64,000 nucleotides of DNA from a virus. Of this stretch, positions 1 to 10,275 are shown piece by piece. Each line of letters starts with the position of its first letter. Position 1 is the stretch's first letter. A program made the translations under genes and the position numbers. The notes under the pieces were generated by a model that ran no database searches, was not told the origin of the DNA, and was given only the letters and a program-made list of their open reading frames with translations. Location: positions 122,824 through 186,823 of the IMG/VR virus record IMGVR_UViG_3300044695_006747. One strand, 5' to 3'.

Positions 1-518
1 TTGTCCTCTATATTATCTAATTTAACGGCCCTATCACCAGAACGATTGTAGTCCAGAAAACAGTATAAGTTATCTAGGTTATGATGAGATGCCAATAATG
101 CGGATTCCCATATTGTTCCTTCATTACACTCTCCGTCTCCAATAACAACATATATTTTACCTTCTTCTTTTTTAATTTTTTTTGCTAGAGCCATGCCAAC
201 AGCAATTGGAAATCCATGTCCTAAAGAACCAGTTGATGCTTCTATAACAGAAATATTAGAACAAGGATGACCTCCAAAGTGGGAGTCAAATGAACAAAAG
301 TTATTCAATAAAACTGGATCTATTTTTTTGAAATGTTCTAATATAACATATAATCCAAGGGCGGCGTGTCCTTTCGATAATATAAATCTATCTTTTGGCT
401 GTATAATAGAATAGATATTATATAGTATATCTAAAATAGATAAAGAACTAGGAATGTGTCCTTCTTTATTAATTTGAGCTAGTTCTAATATTCTATTGAT
501 AAGAAATTTTTTATTCAT
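1..518 (-). CDS. Transketolase-like N-terminal (TPP-binding) subunit, truncated by the window edge
   Basis: Hand translation from ATG at 518 (TAATG overlap with the next ORF): MNKKFLINRILELAQINKEGHIPSSLS...FILSKGHAALGLY...STGSLGHG...GDGECNEGTIWE; GDG-x-N TPP motif. Confidence 0.85.
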   Translation of the reverse strand, partial: MNKKFLINRILELAQINKEGHIPSSLSILDILYNIYSIIQPKDRFILSKGHAALGLYVILEHFKKIDPVLLNNFCSFDSHFGGHPCSNISVIEASTGSLGHGFPIAVGMALAKKIKKEEGKIYVVIGDGECNEGTIWESALLASHHNLDNLYCFLDYNRSGDRAVKLDNIED

Positions 519-1669
519 TATAGGCTATCATTAACTATATTACAAATTTTATTAATATCGTTCTCAGATAAAGAAGGATGATTTGGGAGATACATACCAT
601 ATTTGTGAACTAAATCTCCAAAGGCATATTGTTTTTGTCCATATAATTTGGTATAGAATGGTTGTTTCGAAATACTACCGCATACAAGAGGACGACATTC
701 AATATTATTTGCTATCAAATTTTTAACCATATCGTTTCTATTTGGATGTATAATAGGATAAGCAAAATTACTTACAAAATTTTGAGATTTAATTTGCCAA
801 AAATTATTTACTATCATACTGTCATACTGTAAAAAATTTTGATATCTTTTTTTATTTCTACTATCAATAGTTTTTAATTGTTGTATCCCCAAAAAAGACT
901 GTATTTCTGTTGCTCTAACATTAAAGCCAGGATAATAGAATGTATATAAACTATCGAAACTATCAATATTATGTTTATTTCTTAAGAGTTGAGCAGTTTC
1001 ATCCGATAAGTCTCTATCCCATCCATGTGATCTAATGGATAGTAATATTTCATATAGCTCAAAATCATCTGTGGATATAATTCCACCTTCAATCGTAGAA
1101 AAATGGTGTCCAAAATATGTCGAAAAAGTTGACATTAATCCAAAGCATCCAGTCTTAGTGTCATTGTACAATGATCCAACACTCTCACAAGAGTCTTCAA
1201 GCAAAATAACATCATATTTATTACATAATTGTTGTATTTCATCAAAACTATTTGGAAATCCAAGAATATTAGCAACCATTAAACACGAAGGTTTTTCTTG
1301 CTCTAGTAATCTTTCAAGATGATTTGTATCAATTCCTAAATTATTTTTGTCACTATCACATAGTAATATTTCAAAATCAAACTGTATTGCTGGACTTATA
1401 GTTGTTGACCAGCCCAAACAAGGTAGCACAATTTTTTTATTTTTAAGCCTACCAGATAATTTAAGAGCATATAACATTAATAAATTAGCTGATGATCCTG
1501 AGTTTACAAACACAGAGTATTTTCTACCTAACCACTCTGACCATTTATTTTCGAATTGTTTTGTTAATTTATCTTTTGTTAATCTGGGATATGTAGACAA
1601 CCAAGCGCATAGATTATCTATGTCTTTGTTTGTTATTGTATCATAAGCTAGTTTAATTGGTATTGACAT
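518..1669 (-). CDS. DegT/DnrJ/EryC1/StrS PLP-dependent sugar aminotransferase/dehydratase
   Basis: VNSGSSAN, LLEDSCES, FSTYFGHHFSTIEGG (His in place of the usual Lys, as in sugar 3-dehydratases), GFNVR. Confidence 0.9.
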   Translation of the reverse strand: MSIPIKLAYDTITNKDIDNLCAWLSTYPRLTKDKLTKQFENKWSEWLGRKYSVFVNSGSSANLLMLYALKLSGRLKNKKIVLPCLGWSTTISPAIQFDFEILLCDSDKNNLGIDTNHLERLLEQEKPSCLMVANILGFPNSFDEIQQLCNKYDVILLEDSCESVGSLYNDTKTGCFGLMSTFSTYFGHHFSTIEGGIISTDDFELYEILLSIRSHGWDRDLSDETAQLLRNKHNIDSFDSLYTFYYPGFNVRATEIQSFLGIQQLKTIDSRNKKRYQNFLQYDSMIVNNFWQIKSQNFVSNFAYPIIHPNRNDMVKNLIANNIECRPLVCGSISKQPFYTKLYGQKQYAFGDLVHKYGMYLPNHPSLSENDINKICNIVNDSL

Positions 1670-1672
1670 ATT

Positions 1673-2545
1673 TTATCTCAATGGTAATAGACTTGTTTTA
1701 TGTTCTGCTAACAATGATCCATATTTTACAGTGCTGGCTATATTTTCATTTCCTATAAAATCTAATAAAATATTAGCTATTATTTCTTCTGGAGGCCCGA
1801 ACAGATTATTATCAAATTCTTTTATCATTCTTATGATAGCATTCGAATATTTGTTCATTATATGAGACCCACCGTATGCAATTTTATCATTATGAAGTTC
1901 TGGTATATATATTTTATTATTGTCCAACATATCCAATTTAATAACTCTTCTGCATTCTTCGATATCAAAGCGCATATCTGGCCTCAATCTAAATACCCAG
2001 TCATATTTTTTATTATTTTTATATTCGCTCTGTAATTTAAGTAAATTTGCTTTATATATCAAATAAAACATCTTACACGATCCTATAACTCCGTTGTGTA
2101 TTCCTCTTCCATCCCAATTATATTTACATTTTGTTAAAATATTCCATTGAAGAGGAGAAAACTCAGATGCATAAAAAGCATAATCGTTAACTTCTATTTC
2201 TTTAGCTTCAAAATTTTGTATAATATCTTCGACATTAATATCTATATTGTGACTACCTGGTTCTGATAATCCGTGAGCACTAGACCAGCAATTTGCACTA
2301 TTTTGTTTATTCCATGTGGCAATAAAAACATCAATATCTCCATATTGACTTATCAAATTTTTAAATTCTAAATAATTTTTGTGTAAACGTTTATAGTCTC
2401 TAATATGGCCAGATATACAGAAGGCTATAGATAGCTTATCGTCTGTTTTATATTTTATGTCTAGATGTTCAGATATAATATTTTCAGCTTCAATTAGTTG
2501 TTTATAGCGTTTTCTAAAAAATATTTTTTGAATAGTTTTCCACAT
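1673..2545 (-). CDS. Hypothetical glycosyltransferase-like protein
   Basis: IAFCISGHIR, DVFIATW, YDWVFRLRPD motifs; glycosylation-cluster context. Confidence 0.5.
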   Translation of the reverse strand: MWKTIQKIFFRKRYKQLIEAENIISEHLDIKYKTDDKLSIAFCISGHIRDYKRLHKNYLEFKNLISQYGDIDVFIATWNKQNSANCWSSAHGLSEPGSHNIDINVEDIIQNFEAKEIEVNDYAFYASEFSPLQWNILTKCKYNWDGRGIHNGVIGSCKMFYLIYKANLLKLQSEYKNNKKYDWVFRLRPDMRFDIEECRRVIKLDMLDNNKIYIPELHNDKIAYGGSHIMNKYSNAIIRMIKEFDNNLFGPPEEIIANILLDFIGNENIASTVKYGSLLAEHKTSLLPLR

Positions 2546-2555
2546 AATTATAATA

Positions 2556-3917
2556 TTATTGATTAATTTTTAAGAAAATTTCTAAATCTTCTGGTGTTCC
2601 TAAACCATACATGTTTTTAATATGATAAGTTCTAATCTTTTTATTATCCTGTATAGCTTCATTAAATACGGGACAAACATAGAATTCATTATTTATACGA
2701 ATATTTTTCTCTATCATTTGTTGTGCGTAGCGAACGAAATCTTTTCCTTTATTCCAATAATATATGCCAACAGTAGCTATATTAGATATTGGTTTTTTTT
2801 CTGCTACTTCGTTTACAAGATTATGTTCATCTAGTTTAACGAAAGACCATTTAGGGTGTGTTGATTCAAAAGTTAATATGCAACCATCCAGACTAGAATT
2901 TTCCATAGTATACATAAAATCATTACTATTCCAATCTATATATTGATCAGAATTAGCTATTAGTAGAGGATCATTTGTATTTATTAAATCTTTTGTCAGT
3001 AATACTGTGCAGGCAGCGCCTTCTGTGATGTGATCAACACAGATAATTTTGCAGTTGGGCGCAATAAGATTGAGTAAGTATTTTAAATTAAAGTCTTCAT
3101 AATGTTTTTGTTGAACAATAAAAATATAGTTAGCATCTATATTGATATTATCAACAATTCTTTTTATCATTGGTTCGCCATTAACATCTATTAGTGGCTT
3201 TGGAAAAGTATATCCAGCTTTCTCAAACCTAGAAGCTGCACCAGCCATTGGTATAACTATATTTAGTTTATCGTTAGACCATTTATTAGATATGGCTATT
3301 TTATTCATAGTATTAACTTTATTTATTAGTGAACTATTTATATCTTTAGTTCTTTTGACTTTTATAACAAAAGCTCCACTATTCTCTGCCGCCTGTATTC
3401 CTAATGGCGAATCTTCTACAATAATAGTTTCTTTTGGGCAAACTCTTGCAGATATCATACATTTAAGATAAATTTCTGATGATGGTTTTGCAAGCATTAC
3501 ATCCTCATTCGAGTAGAATATATCAATATACTTTATATATCCTGTATAATACAGTGCAGATTTTACGGTTTCTCTTATACTATTTGACGCTACTGCTATT
3601 ATTGCTCCAGATTCCTTTAGTTGTTTGAGCGTCTGAATAATATTGGGATCTCCCTGTAAATTTTCTATATATTTTGATGTTTTTTTCTGTTTATTTAACC
3701 ATATAGTATTATAGGAATTTTCTGGTAGTCCTTTATTTTTAGTCAGTAGTTTTAGTTTATCGAATGTTTTCATTCCATCATATAAGGATATGTGTTCTTC
3801 ATATGATATGATAAAAGATTTATCAAATTCACTTATTGCTTCATTAAGAACATTGAAATGCATGTCTTTCATATCTACAAGCACTCCATCTAGATCAAAA
3901 ATAATTAGTTTAATCAT
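2556..3917 (-). CDS. HAD phosphatase fused to a sugar nucleotidyltransferase
   Basis: N-terminal FDLDGVL...KPS...IVEDS (HAD motifs); C-terminal IPMAGAASRF..GY..PKPLI (NTP transferase). Confidence 0.85.
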   Translation of the reverse strand: MIKLIIFDLDGVLVDMKDMHFNVLNEAISEFDKSFIISYEEHISLYDGMKTFDKLKLLTKNKGLPENSYNTIWLNKQKKTSKYIENLQGDPNIIQTLKQLKESGAIIAVASNSIRETVKSALYYTGYIKYIDIFYSNEDVMLAKPSSEIYLKCMISARVCPKETIIVEDSPLGIQAAENSGAFVIKVKRTKDINSSLINKVNTMNKIAISNKWSNDKLNIVIPMAGAASRFEKAGYTFPKPLIDVNGEPMIKRIVDNINIDANYIFIVQQKHYEDFNLKYLLNLIAPNCKIICVDHITEGAACTVLLTKDLINTNDPLLIANSDQYIDWNSNDFMYTMENSSLDGCILTFESTHPKWSFVKLDEHNLVNEVAEKKPISNIATVGIYYWNKGKDFVRYAQQMIEKNIRINNEFYVCPVFNEAIQDNKKIRTYHIKNMYGLGTPEDLEIFLKINQ

Positions 3918-4365
3918 ATGTATATTCTTTTATATAGTCACTACATATTCCATATGAATTTAATAATTCTTGTTTAGAATAAAAAGATATCTCTGGTAAA
4001 ACACATACTGTCTTCTTGTTTAGTGACGATCCAGGATATGCCCAGCCTATGCTTTTGGAAGTTAATGTATATTTATCTTTTTCATGCCAAAAAAAATGTA
4101 GATCAGGATATTCATTTTGAATCTGTAATAAATAAAATAAACAATCAGAATTTTTACAATGTATCCATATATTGGGATTGGTTAATAATTCTGAAGGCAT
4201 ATCGTATTTAGGCGAATCATGTCCCAACATTAGTTTATTATTTACAAACCATAAATCTATTTCAACATTATATTTTAGATTTAATGCATTATTGATATAG
4301 TTTGGATGATTTTCCTTACTAATATTTTTACCAGTAAGATTTCCTCGATGTGATATATATATCAT
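3910..4365 (-). CDS. PLC/GDPD-like phosphodiesterase
   Basis: YISHRGNL, EN-H-P, VEIDLW, LGHD motifs. Confidence 0.7.
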   Translation of the reverse strand: MIYISHRGNLTGKNISKENHPNYINNALNLKYNVEIDLWFVNNKLMLGHDSPKYDMPSELLTNPNIWIHCKNSDCLFYLLQIQNEYPDLHFFWHEKDKYTLTSKSIGWAYPGSSLNKKTVCVLPEISFYSKQELLNSYGICSDYIKEYTYD

Positions 4366-4979
4366 ATTATTTTTGTAAAATATATTTTAGCTTGATTACC
4401 ATATTGATCTATGGGATAAACATTAGTAATAGCAAATTGATTCAATTTAAGGAAATCTGTAGTCTCTGATAGAGAGTTTTGATTAAGGTATATTGCTTCG
4501 GGAATGATCGAAGCAATAAGACTTCCTTCGTGGACTAAGCTAATATATTTACCTAAACCATGCAAGATATCTAAATCGCTACCGTTAGCGTCTATATTCA
4601 GATAGTCTATACAGTTAATTTTTTCTTCAAGACTATCTATAAAAATATCTAGTCTAGTTACAGAAACTTTTGTGTGTTGTGTAACGATAAAATCGTTTCT
4701 TCCTGGCCATACATTCATACAATTATCAGAAAAATTCAATAAAGAACTTAAATTGTGATTATTTGTACCAGCGATATTAAATTTTGATATAGCTTCATAA
4801 TTAGATACTGCTTTTTGTATAGTATAGCAATTTTTAAGTTGATTATTTTTTATACGCTCATTTAGAGTTTCAATGAGTTGTTCTACTGGTTCAAAAAAAT
4901 AAATCCTATCATTTTCTTCAAATATTTTATTACTAATATAGTTGGATTCTAAGCCAGTTCCAATATCAAATATAATCAT
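4362..4979 (-). CDS. FkbM-family SAM methyltransferase
   Basis: IFDIG, FFEPV, RLD, YLNIDANGSDLDIL. Confidence 0.8.
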   Translation of the reverse strand: MIIFDIGTGLESNYISNKIFEENDRIYFFEPVEQLIETLNERIKNNQLKNCYTIQKAVSNYEAISKFNIAGTNNHNLSSLLNFSDNCMNVWPGRNDFIVTQHTKVSVTRLDIFIDSLEEKINCIDYLNIDANGSDLDILHGLGKYISLVHEGSLIASIIPEAIYLNQNSLSETTDFLKLNQFAITNVYPIDQYGNQAKIYFTKII

Positions 4980-5707
4980 TTTGGTAATAGATCATCAGAT
5001 GTGTATGGGCTTCTATGATTGTTTGTGTGAAAATCTTCTGACGGAACCCATGTACCATCTATTGCCCCTATATTTTGAATTCTAGATATCAATGGTTTAA
5101 TTTGATAAAAATTCATATTATCATTTTGAAATATGTTTTGATCAAGATAGGTGTCCCATGAAGAAGAGTTATTTTCTCTATTACAGTCTTGTGTCCAGTT
5201 TTCCTCAAAGACTTGAAATTTATGTTTCCAAAAAGCACATCCCCAACAAGTAAAATGTTTTTGTCTTAGCGTGTCTGATATAGATAAGTTCTCTAGAGAG
5301 CTTGTTTTATTATATCCAGCAACGCTGATAATCTCTTTGTCGTCATGATATTTTTCTAAACATTCGATAAAAAAAGAGATACAATCTTTAGACAAAACAG
5401 TATCATCCTCTAAGTGTATAGTTGCATCATTTTCTTCTAAAGACATCAGTATTGCTTGTCTAGTATTTGCATTACACCCAATAGAAGGATTATTTACTAC
5501 ATATTTAGTATTAATCCAGTCTATATTTTTAATCATACTAGGTATAGTATTATCAAAATAGTCTATAGAAATATACAGATTTGTTTTTGATATATTAATT
5601 TTACAAAATTCTATGCTAGCTAATAGACTATCTAATACTGTATCTAAATAGTCAGCTCTTTTATAGCATGTTAGAGAAATGCCTATTTTATTATTCTTGT
5701 ATAACAT
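4976..5707 (-). CDS. GT-A fold glycosyltransferase (GT2-like)
   Basis: TCYKRADYL, YISID, IHLEDD, TCWG, SRIQNIG. Confidence 0.75.
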   Translation of the reverse strand: MLYKNNKIGISLTCYKRADYLDTVLDSLLASIEFCKINISKTNLYISIDYFDNTIPSMIKNIDWINTKYVVNNPSIGCNANTRQAILMSLEENDATIHLEDDTVLSKDCISFFIECLEKYHDDKEIISVAGYNKTSSLENLSISDTLRQKHFTCWGCAFWKHKFQVFEENWTQDCNRENNSSSWDTYLDQNIFQNDNMNFYQIKPLISRIQNIGAIDGTWVPSEDFHTNNHRSPYTSDDLLPK

Positions 5708-6149
5708 CTTTTAATGATTTTTTAGTAATATTCTTAAAATATTCTTCTCCATAATTAACAAATATTTCATCGCCAGTTTTAATTGGTTTTTTAGCGATAA
5801 TATCTACATATAACTTAGGAAAATTAAAAGCCGTATCGGCATTATTTTCATCTTGATGATTATATATCATTCCATGTCCAGCAACCATAAAAAATAGAAA
5901 TCCATGATTTTTGCATTCACTACAATCACACAAGGGTTTGGGATAACAGTATTTCCATACGGTTGGTTCTAATTGATATCTTGATCTATTCATTAGAGGT
6001 ATTAATGGACATCTTTCTATAACCTCATGTTCCGATATGTCTGCAACTGCTACAACTCCTCTGCCGTCTATTGGTGACATAAAACATTTGATTTTTGTAG
6101 ATTGAAAATAATCAACAGAAATATCTTTTGAGGCAGTTTCTTTTTCCAT
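5691..6149 (-). CDS. SET-domain protein methyltransferase
   Basis: SPIDGRGVVA, IYNH, AKKPIKTGDEIFVNYG. Confidence 0.85.
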   Translation of the reverse strand: MEKETASKDISVDYFQSTKIKCFMSPIDGRGVVAVADISEHEVIERCPLIPLMNRSRYQLEPTVWKYCYPKPLCDCSECKNHGFLFFMVAGHGMIYNHQDENNADTAFNFPKLYVDIIAKKPIKTGDEIFVNYGEEYFKNITKKSLKDVIQE

Positions 6150-6161
6150 CTTTTTATACCT

Positions 6162-6695
6162 TTATATATTGAAAAAATACCATCTATTATAGTTTTTTAT
6201 ATTATTATCTGAATTAATATAGTTTAAATAATACTTAATATCTTGCCAGTTAGAAAAAATCATTTCGTGAGGAATAGTTCCAAAAAGCCAATCTGGAGCA
6301 AATCTTTTTCCTTGTACCATATGTATTATAATAGGTTTCTTCTGTCTGTTTGCCCAAAAAATTTCTTCATAAGTGCCGCATGGATGCACTTCTAAATCTA
6401 AATTAACTATTAGAAAGTCACTAATGTCTACGAGTCTGAGATCAACAGATCTAATTGTTTTCATTAAATAAGAAAGCTCATCATATTTTTGATCGCTTTT
6501 AAGTTTAATTTTATACTCATGAGTTTTTTGGTCTTCTTGTCCGAGAACTGTTGGTTTTTTTATAGGATTAAAAACAACAATTCCTAAATTTTCTAGAAAT
6601 GGAGTAATATTATCTCTCCATCCATTTCCTCGATCAGCAACCCTGTCCATTGCTCCAGCCAAATATACTCTTTGATTTTTTAATCTACTATTCAT
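6162..6695 (-). CDS. Nucleoside 2-deoxyribosyltransferase-like protein
   Basis: VYLAGAM, VFNP, DL-x-x-V-x-x-SD, GTYEEI, KPII. Confidence 0.75.
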   Translation of the reverse strand: MNSRLKNQRVYLAGAMDRVADRGNGWRDNITPFLENLGIVVFNPIKKPTVLGQEDQKTHEYKIKLKSDQKYDELSYLMKTIRSVDLRLVDISDFLIVNLDLEVHPCGTYEEIFWANRQKKPIIIHMVQGKRFAPDWLFGTIPHEMIFSNWQDIKYYLNYINSDNNIKNYNRWYFFNI

Positions 6696-6770
6696 GATTA
6701 GTAAATAAGACCTTTATAAATACCATATCCTATACTAAATAAAACTACATAGTAATATACATAATTTATT

Positions 6771-7340
6771 TCACTTGACATAGATATACACAGGAATATC
6801 GATCCATATGTCCTCTATTAGATTCTCAATAAAATTCCAATTTCCCCCAGCTAATCCAGAACCAAATTTTGGAGCATGGATTTCATATTTTATATCTTCA
6901 ATATTATTTTTTGATAGAGATAAAATTTTATTTCTAATATCATTCATACAAAAAACCAATGAACCATAATTAAGAGGTCTATGATTTTTTGGATTAATAG
7001 TTCCATTTTGTGCGATCATATTACAAACAATAACTTTTGTTTTTGTCAAATTATTATTTGCTACATTTATATATTGTGTATGACCAAGAACAGACTTATT
7101 GCCAAGAAGATGAAAATTTTCTTTTACTATTGGAAATTTGTCGCCTATGTATTTGGCAAAACCCGCTCCAAATAGATTTATATTATTACAAACATGAGGT
7201 ATGAAAACAGTTGTTGGACTATTAGTTAAGCCAAGCCTGCTAATAGCAGACTCAACAATATCATTTTTTGTATATATAAGCTTATTATTTTGTGTTTTCT
7301 TTTTTGTATAATTAATCATCACCATTTCTCCAAAGGACAT
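6771..7340 (-). CDS. Macrodomain (ADP-ribose processing) protein
   Basis: HVCNNINLFGAGFA, NMIAQ, IHAPKFGSGLAGGNW. Confidence 0.85.
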   Translation of the reverse strand: MSFGEMVMINYTKKKTQNNKLIYTKNDIVESAISRLGLTNSPTTVFIPHVCNNINLFGAGFAKYIGDKFPIVKENFHLLGNKSVLGHTQYINVANNNLTKTKVIVCNMIAQNGTINPKNHRPLNYGSLVFCMNDIRNKILSLSKNNIEDIKYEIHAPKFGSGLAGGNWNFIENLIEDIWIDIPVYIYVK

Positions 7341-7555
7341 TTTTGATCAGCCCAAGCCAATTTATTTAAGAACACTTTTTTTCTTGATAAATTACATCCA
7401 CAAACCAAACATTGGTTATTTTCAAACTTGTCGCATTTTATACATATATCATATCTTTTATTGATTAGATTCTGTGAACTTTTTGGTAGTCCAGCCTGGA
7501 TATGAAAATATAAAGACTTGAGAAAAGTTTTTATTCTACGAAATAGGGTTTTCAT
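7319..7555 (-). CDS. Cys-rich hypothetical protein
   Basis: RYDICIKC...CLVCGC...KCPLEKW. Confidence 0.6.
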   Translation of the reverse strand: MKTLFRRIKTFLKSLYFHIQAGLPKSSQNLINKRYDICIKCDKFENNQCLVCGCNLSRKKVFLNKLAWADQKCPLEKW

Positions 7556-7974
7556 AAATTGGTAAAAAATTATTATCGTTATTTATGTAATACAAAGAAA
7601 CTGTTTTAACCACAGTATTAGCTTTTAACCATCTAACAAAACCATTCCTCATAGATATGCACAATCTAGATCCATCTTTTTTTATATCTGTAGTTATTAA
7701 GAATAACTCATCATTATAGAAAAAGGTTCTTCCGCTAGGTATTTCTTCAATATAGAAATCTCGATCCTGAATCAGATTCCCAATCGTCCCATAGTTCTTG
7801 TGCTCTGAGTTCATTTTTCTTAAGTTTATATTGTTTTTTTTGTTTATTCTGGGCGTACTGTTCTTCTGATATGTCTGTTTTTTTGTTTTTGGTGTTGTTT
7901 TCTACAACTTTTCTTTTTGGTTTTTTGTCTGGTTCTTCAAAGTGATTCATACGATTATCCTATGCTTACGCTAT

Positions 7975-8002
7975 ATTATAGTGATCAATCTGAAACAGTC
8001 AA
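7975..8002 (-). promoter_or_regulatory. Sigma70-like promoter TTGACT-N16-TATAAT
   Basis: Read directly, upstream of ORF 7747..7950. Confidence 0.65.
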
Positions 8003-8059
8003 GGTTGTGAATTGAAAAATTTTTGGTTGACAGCATCACGAAATGCTCTTATAACTTAT

Positions 8060-8965
8060 TCAGAGTTGGCTTATTACTGGTTGTATTAGTGGTACTTTAC
8101 CGTTTAGTTTCTTGTTATGCTTATAGAAAATTTCTAAGAATTCTTTTCTGTTTTTCGGCTTACTTATACTATTAGTATTACAAAAGTCTAGGTATAATGA
8201 AGCGCAACCAACAGCAAATGGATTAGACATACTAGTTCCACTCATTATTGAGTAGTTATTTTTCGGAACACAACTTAGTATATTCTCTCCTGGTGATAAA
8301 AAATCCAATTCTTCACCAAAGCATGTAAAATCAGAAATTTTTAAATCTTCATTTATTGAACCTATTGCTATTGTTTCCTCATATTTTGCTGGATACAAAA
8401 TTGGGTGATCTAATCCCATGTTACCAGCAGCACAAAAAACTAAAACATTATTTTTAATAGCATATTTAATAGCAGAATATACATCTCTTGAGTTTTCTAT
8501 TGATCCTAAAGACATAGTGATAATGTCGCTGGCTCTATCAACAGCCCAGACTATTGCTTTTGCAACAATGTCGTTGTTACCATTGCCTTCTGCGTCTAAT
8601 GCTTTTATTGGTAATATTTTTGTGTCAGGAGCTACTCCGACTATTCCTTTTTTATTATTTGACGCGGCTACTATTCCGGCCACATGAGTTCCATGACCAT
8701 TATCATCTTCTGGATAATTTGAATTATCTATAAAATTATAACCTTGAATTAGATTATTTTTTATATCTTCATGATTAAGATCGCATCCAGTATCTATAAC
8801 AGCAACTTTTATATTCTTACCAGTATATTGTGTCCAATTAGAATCTATATTAAATTTCACTATTTGCCAACCAAACATTTGGCAAGAACTAGTATTTAAA
8901 CCATATATTTTTTCTTCTTTATATGGTAATAATTTACAAAGATCTTTTTTATTTTTTTTTCTCAT
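8060..8965 (-). CDS. Subtilisin-family (S8) serine peptidase
   Basis: Catalytic triad VIDTG / HGTHVAG / GTSMS. Confidence 0.95.
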   Translation of the reverse strand: MRKKNKKDLCKLLPYKEEKIYGLNTSSCQMFGWQIVKFNIDSNWTQYTGKNIKVAVIDTGCDLNHEDIKNNLIQGYNFIDNSNYPEDDNGHGTHVAGIVAASNNKKGIVGVAPDTKILPIKALDAEGNGNNDIVAKAIVWAVDRASDIITMSLGSIENSRDVYSAIKYAIKNNVLVFCAAGNMGLDHPILYPAKYEETIAIGSINEDLKISDFTCFGEELDFLSPGENILSCVPKNNYSIMSGTSMSNPFAVGCASLYLDFCNTNSISKPKNRKEFLEIFYKHNKKLNGKVPLIQPVISQL

Positions 8966-9963
8966 AGAATCTTAGAGGCTATCAAACAGCCTTTAGAAAC
9001 AGCGTGTAAAGGATCACTAGAATGACAGACCTCTTTGACAACCAGTGGAAAATTATTTTGAGTAAGTTTTTCTGTAAATTTTTCTATATAACCCTTTGCT
9101 TGAGAAGTACCTCCGGCTATAACAATTTTTAGAGGATTCTTAAATTTAGGTAATAATTTATGTCCTGTTAATGCTACAGATAATTGTTTTGTTGTATAAT
9201 CTATAAGTCTATCATAGTATGCGGAAACTGCCTCAAGCACAGGATTTTCATTCGGTTCACCGATTTTAAAATCGCCGCCCTCCTTTTCTGCTTGAACAAC
9301 ACTATCAGGCTCTCCGGTCGCTACAGCGCTCATACGATCAATCCAATCTCCAGACTTTGTGGTGCTGAATGTAACTGTTGGTTCACCATTCAACATTACG
9401 CAAACATTTGTCATACCAGCACCACAACTAATAGCGATTCCAGTATAATCCTCATTCTCTAATTCAGCATAACAAAGAGCTTCTGCTTCATTAATTGATC
9501 TTGCATCATAACCACATTCTGCTAATACTGTCTTAACTACGTCTTCGTGATACCCCACATCAAAATCTTCATCTTCTTGATCAACTGGTTGTGCTGGAAC
9601 ACAAAATACTAATTTTTCTCCTGCTTCTGATGCTGTTCCCGCAACTTCTTTTAGAATAAATGCTAATATTCTTTTGGCGTCTTTTTCTTTAGCAGACACG
9701 ACGCCCCTGTACATTGGTCTTTTTGCTGTATCATTTCTTTCTACAGCTTTTTCTATAGCGTCTTTACCAAGAATAATAAAAGATCCGTCTGTATCCTTGA
9801 TAAAAACTTTACCAGACAATCCTTTTTCTATCATTTTCGTGGCTACGGGTGTTGTTGGTTTAATTACATAAAAAGCATCTCTAAAATCTTTATATGCAAT
9901 ACCTCCATCAGTTTCGCTTGATAAAACAATAAAACTTGTACCAACATCTAAACCCTTTGCCAT
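8962..9963 (-). CDS. Actin-like ATPase (MreB/ParM/FtsA superfamily)
   Basis: Phosphate-1 GLDVGTS, connect-1 INEAEA, phosphate-2 SCGAGMTN, adenosine IAGGTS, connect-2 AVSKG. Confidence 0.85.
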   Translation of the reverse strand: MAKGLDVGTSFIVLSSETDGGIAYKDFRDAFYVIKPTTPVATKMIEKGLSGKVFIKDTDGSFIILGKDAIEKAVERNDTAKRPMYRGVVSAKEKDAKRILAFILKEVAGTASEAGEKLVFCVPAQPVDQEDEDFDVGYHEDVVKTVLAECGYDARSINEAEALCYAELENEDYTGIAISCGAGMTNVCVMLNGEPTVTFSTTKSGDWIDRMSAVATGEPDSVVQAEKEGGDFKIGEPNENPVLEAVSAYYDRLIDYTTKQLSVALTGHKLLPKFKNPLKIVIAGGTSQAKGYIEKFTEKLTQNNFPLVVKEVCHSSDPLHAVSKGCLIASKIL

Positions 9964-9966
9964 AAT

Positions 9967-10269
9967 TTATCCTTTCATGTTTTTTAGTTTATTTACTGCA
10001 TCAGAAATATTTTCTTCTGATTTTTTGGTTGTTGATATTGTATCAAATTTTTTCTCAATACCTTTGGTATCTATAGCAACAACATATTTCTTATCATCTA
10101 TACTAATTGCAGCAACCTTCTTCTCCAAGGATTTACTACTATTATTCTTCACAGAATATGTTGGCTCACTAGACATATTTATAGTAAAAATTTTACCTAA
10201 AATATATCCAACAATTAAACTTAATATATTAATATATATTAGTATATGATAGATTAAATTTTCTGTCAT
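9967..10269 (-). CDS. Small protein with an N-terminal transmembrane helix
   Basis: Hydrophobic ILIYINILSLIVGYILG followed by a Lys-rich tail. Confidence 0.6.
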   Translation of the reverse strand: MTENLIYHILIYINILSLIVGYILGKIFTINMSSEPTYSVKNNSSKSLEKKVAAISIDDKKYVVAIDTKGIEKKFDTISTTKKSEENISDAVNKLKNMKG

Positions 10270-10275
10270 TGGTCA

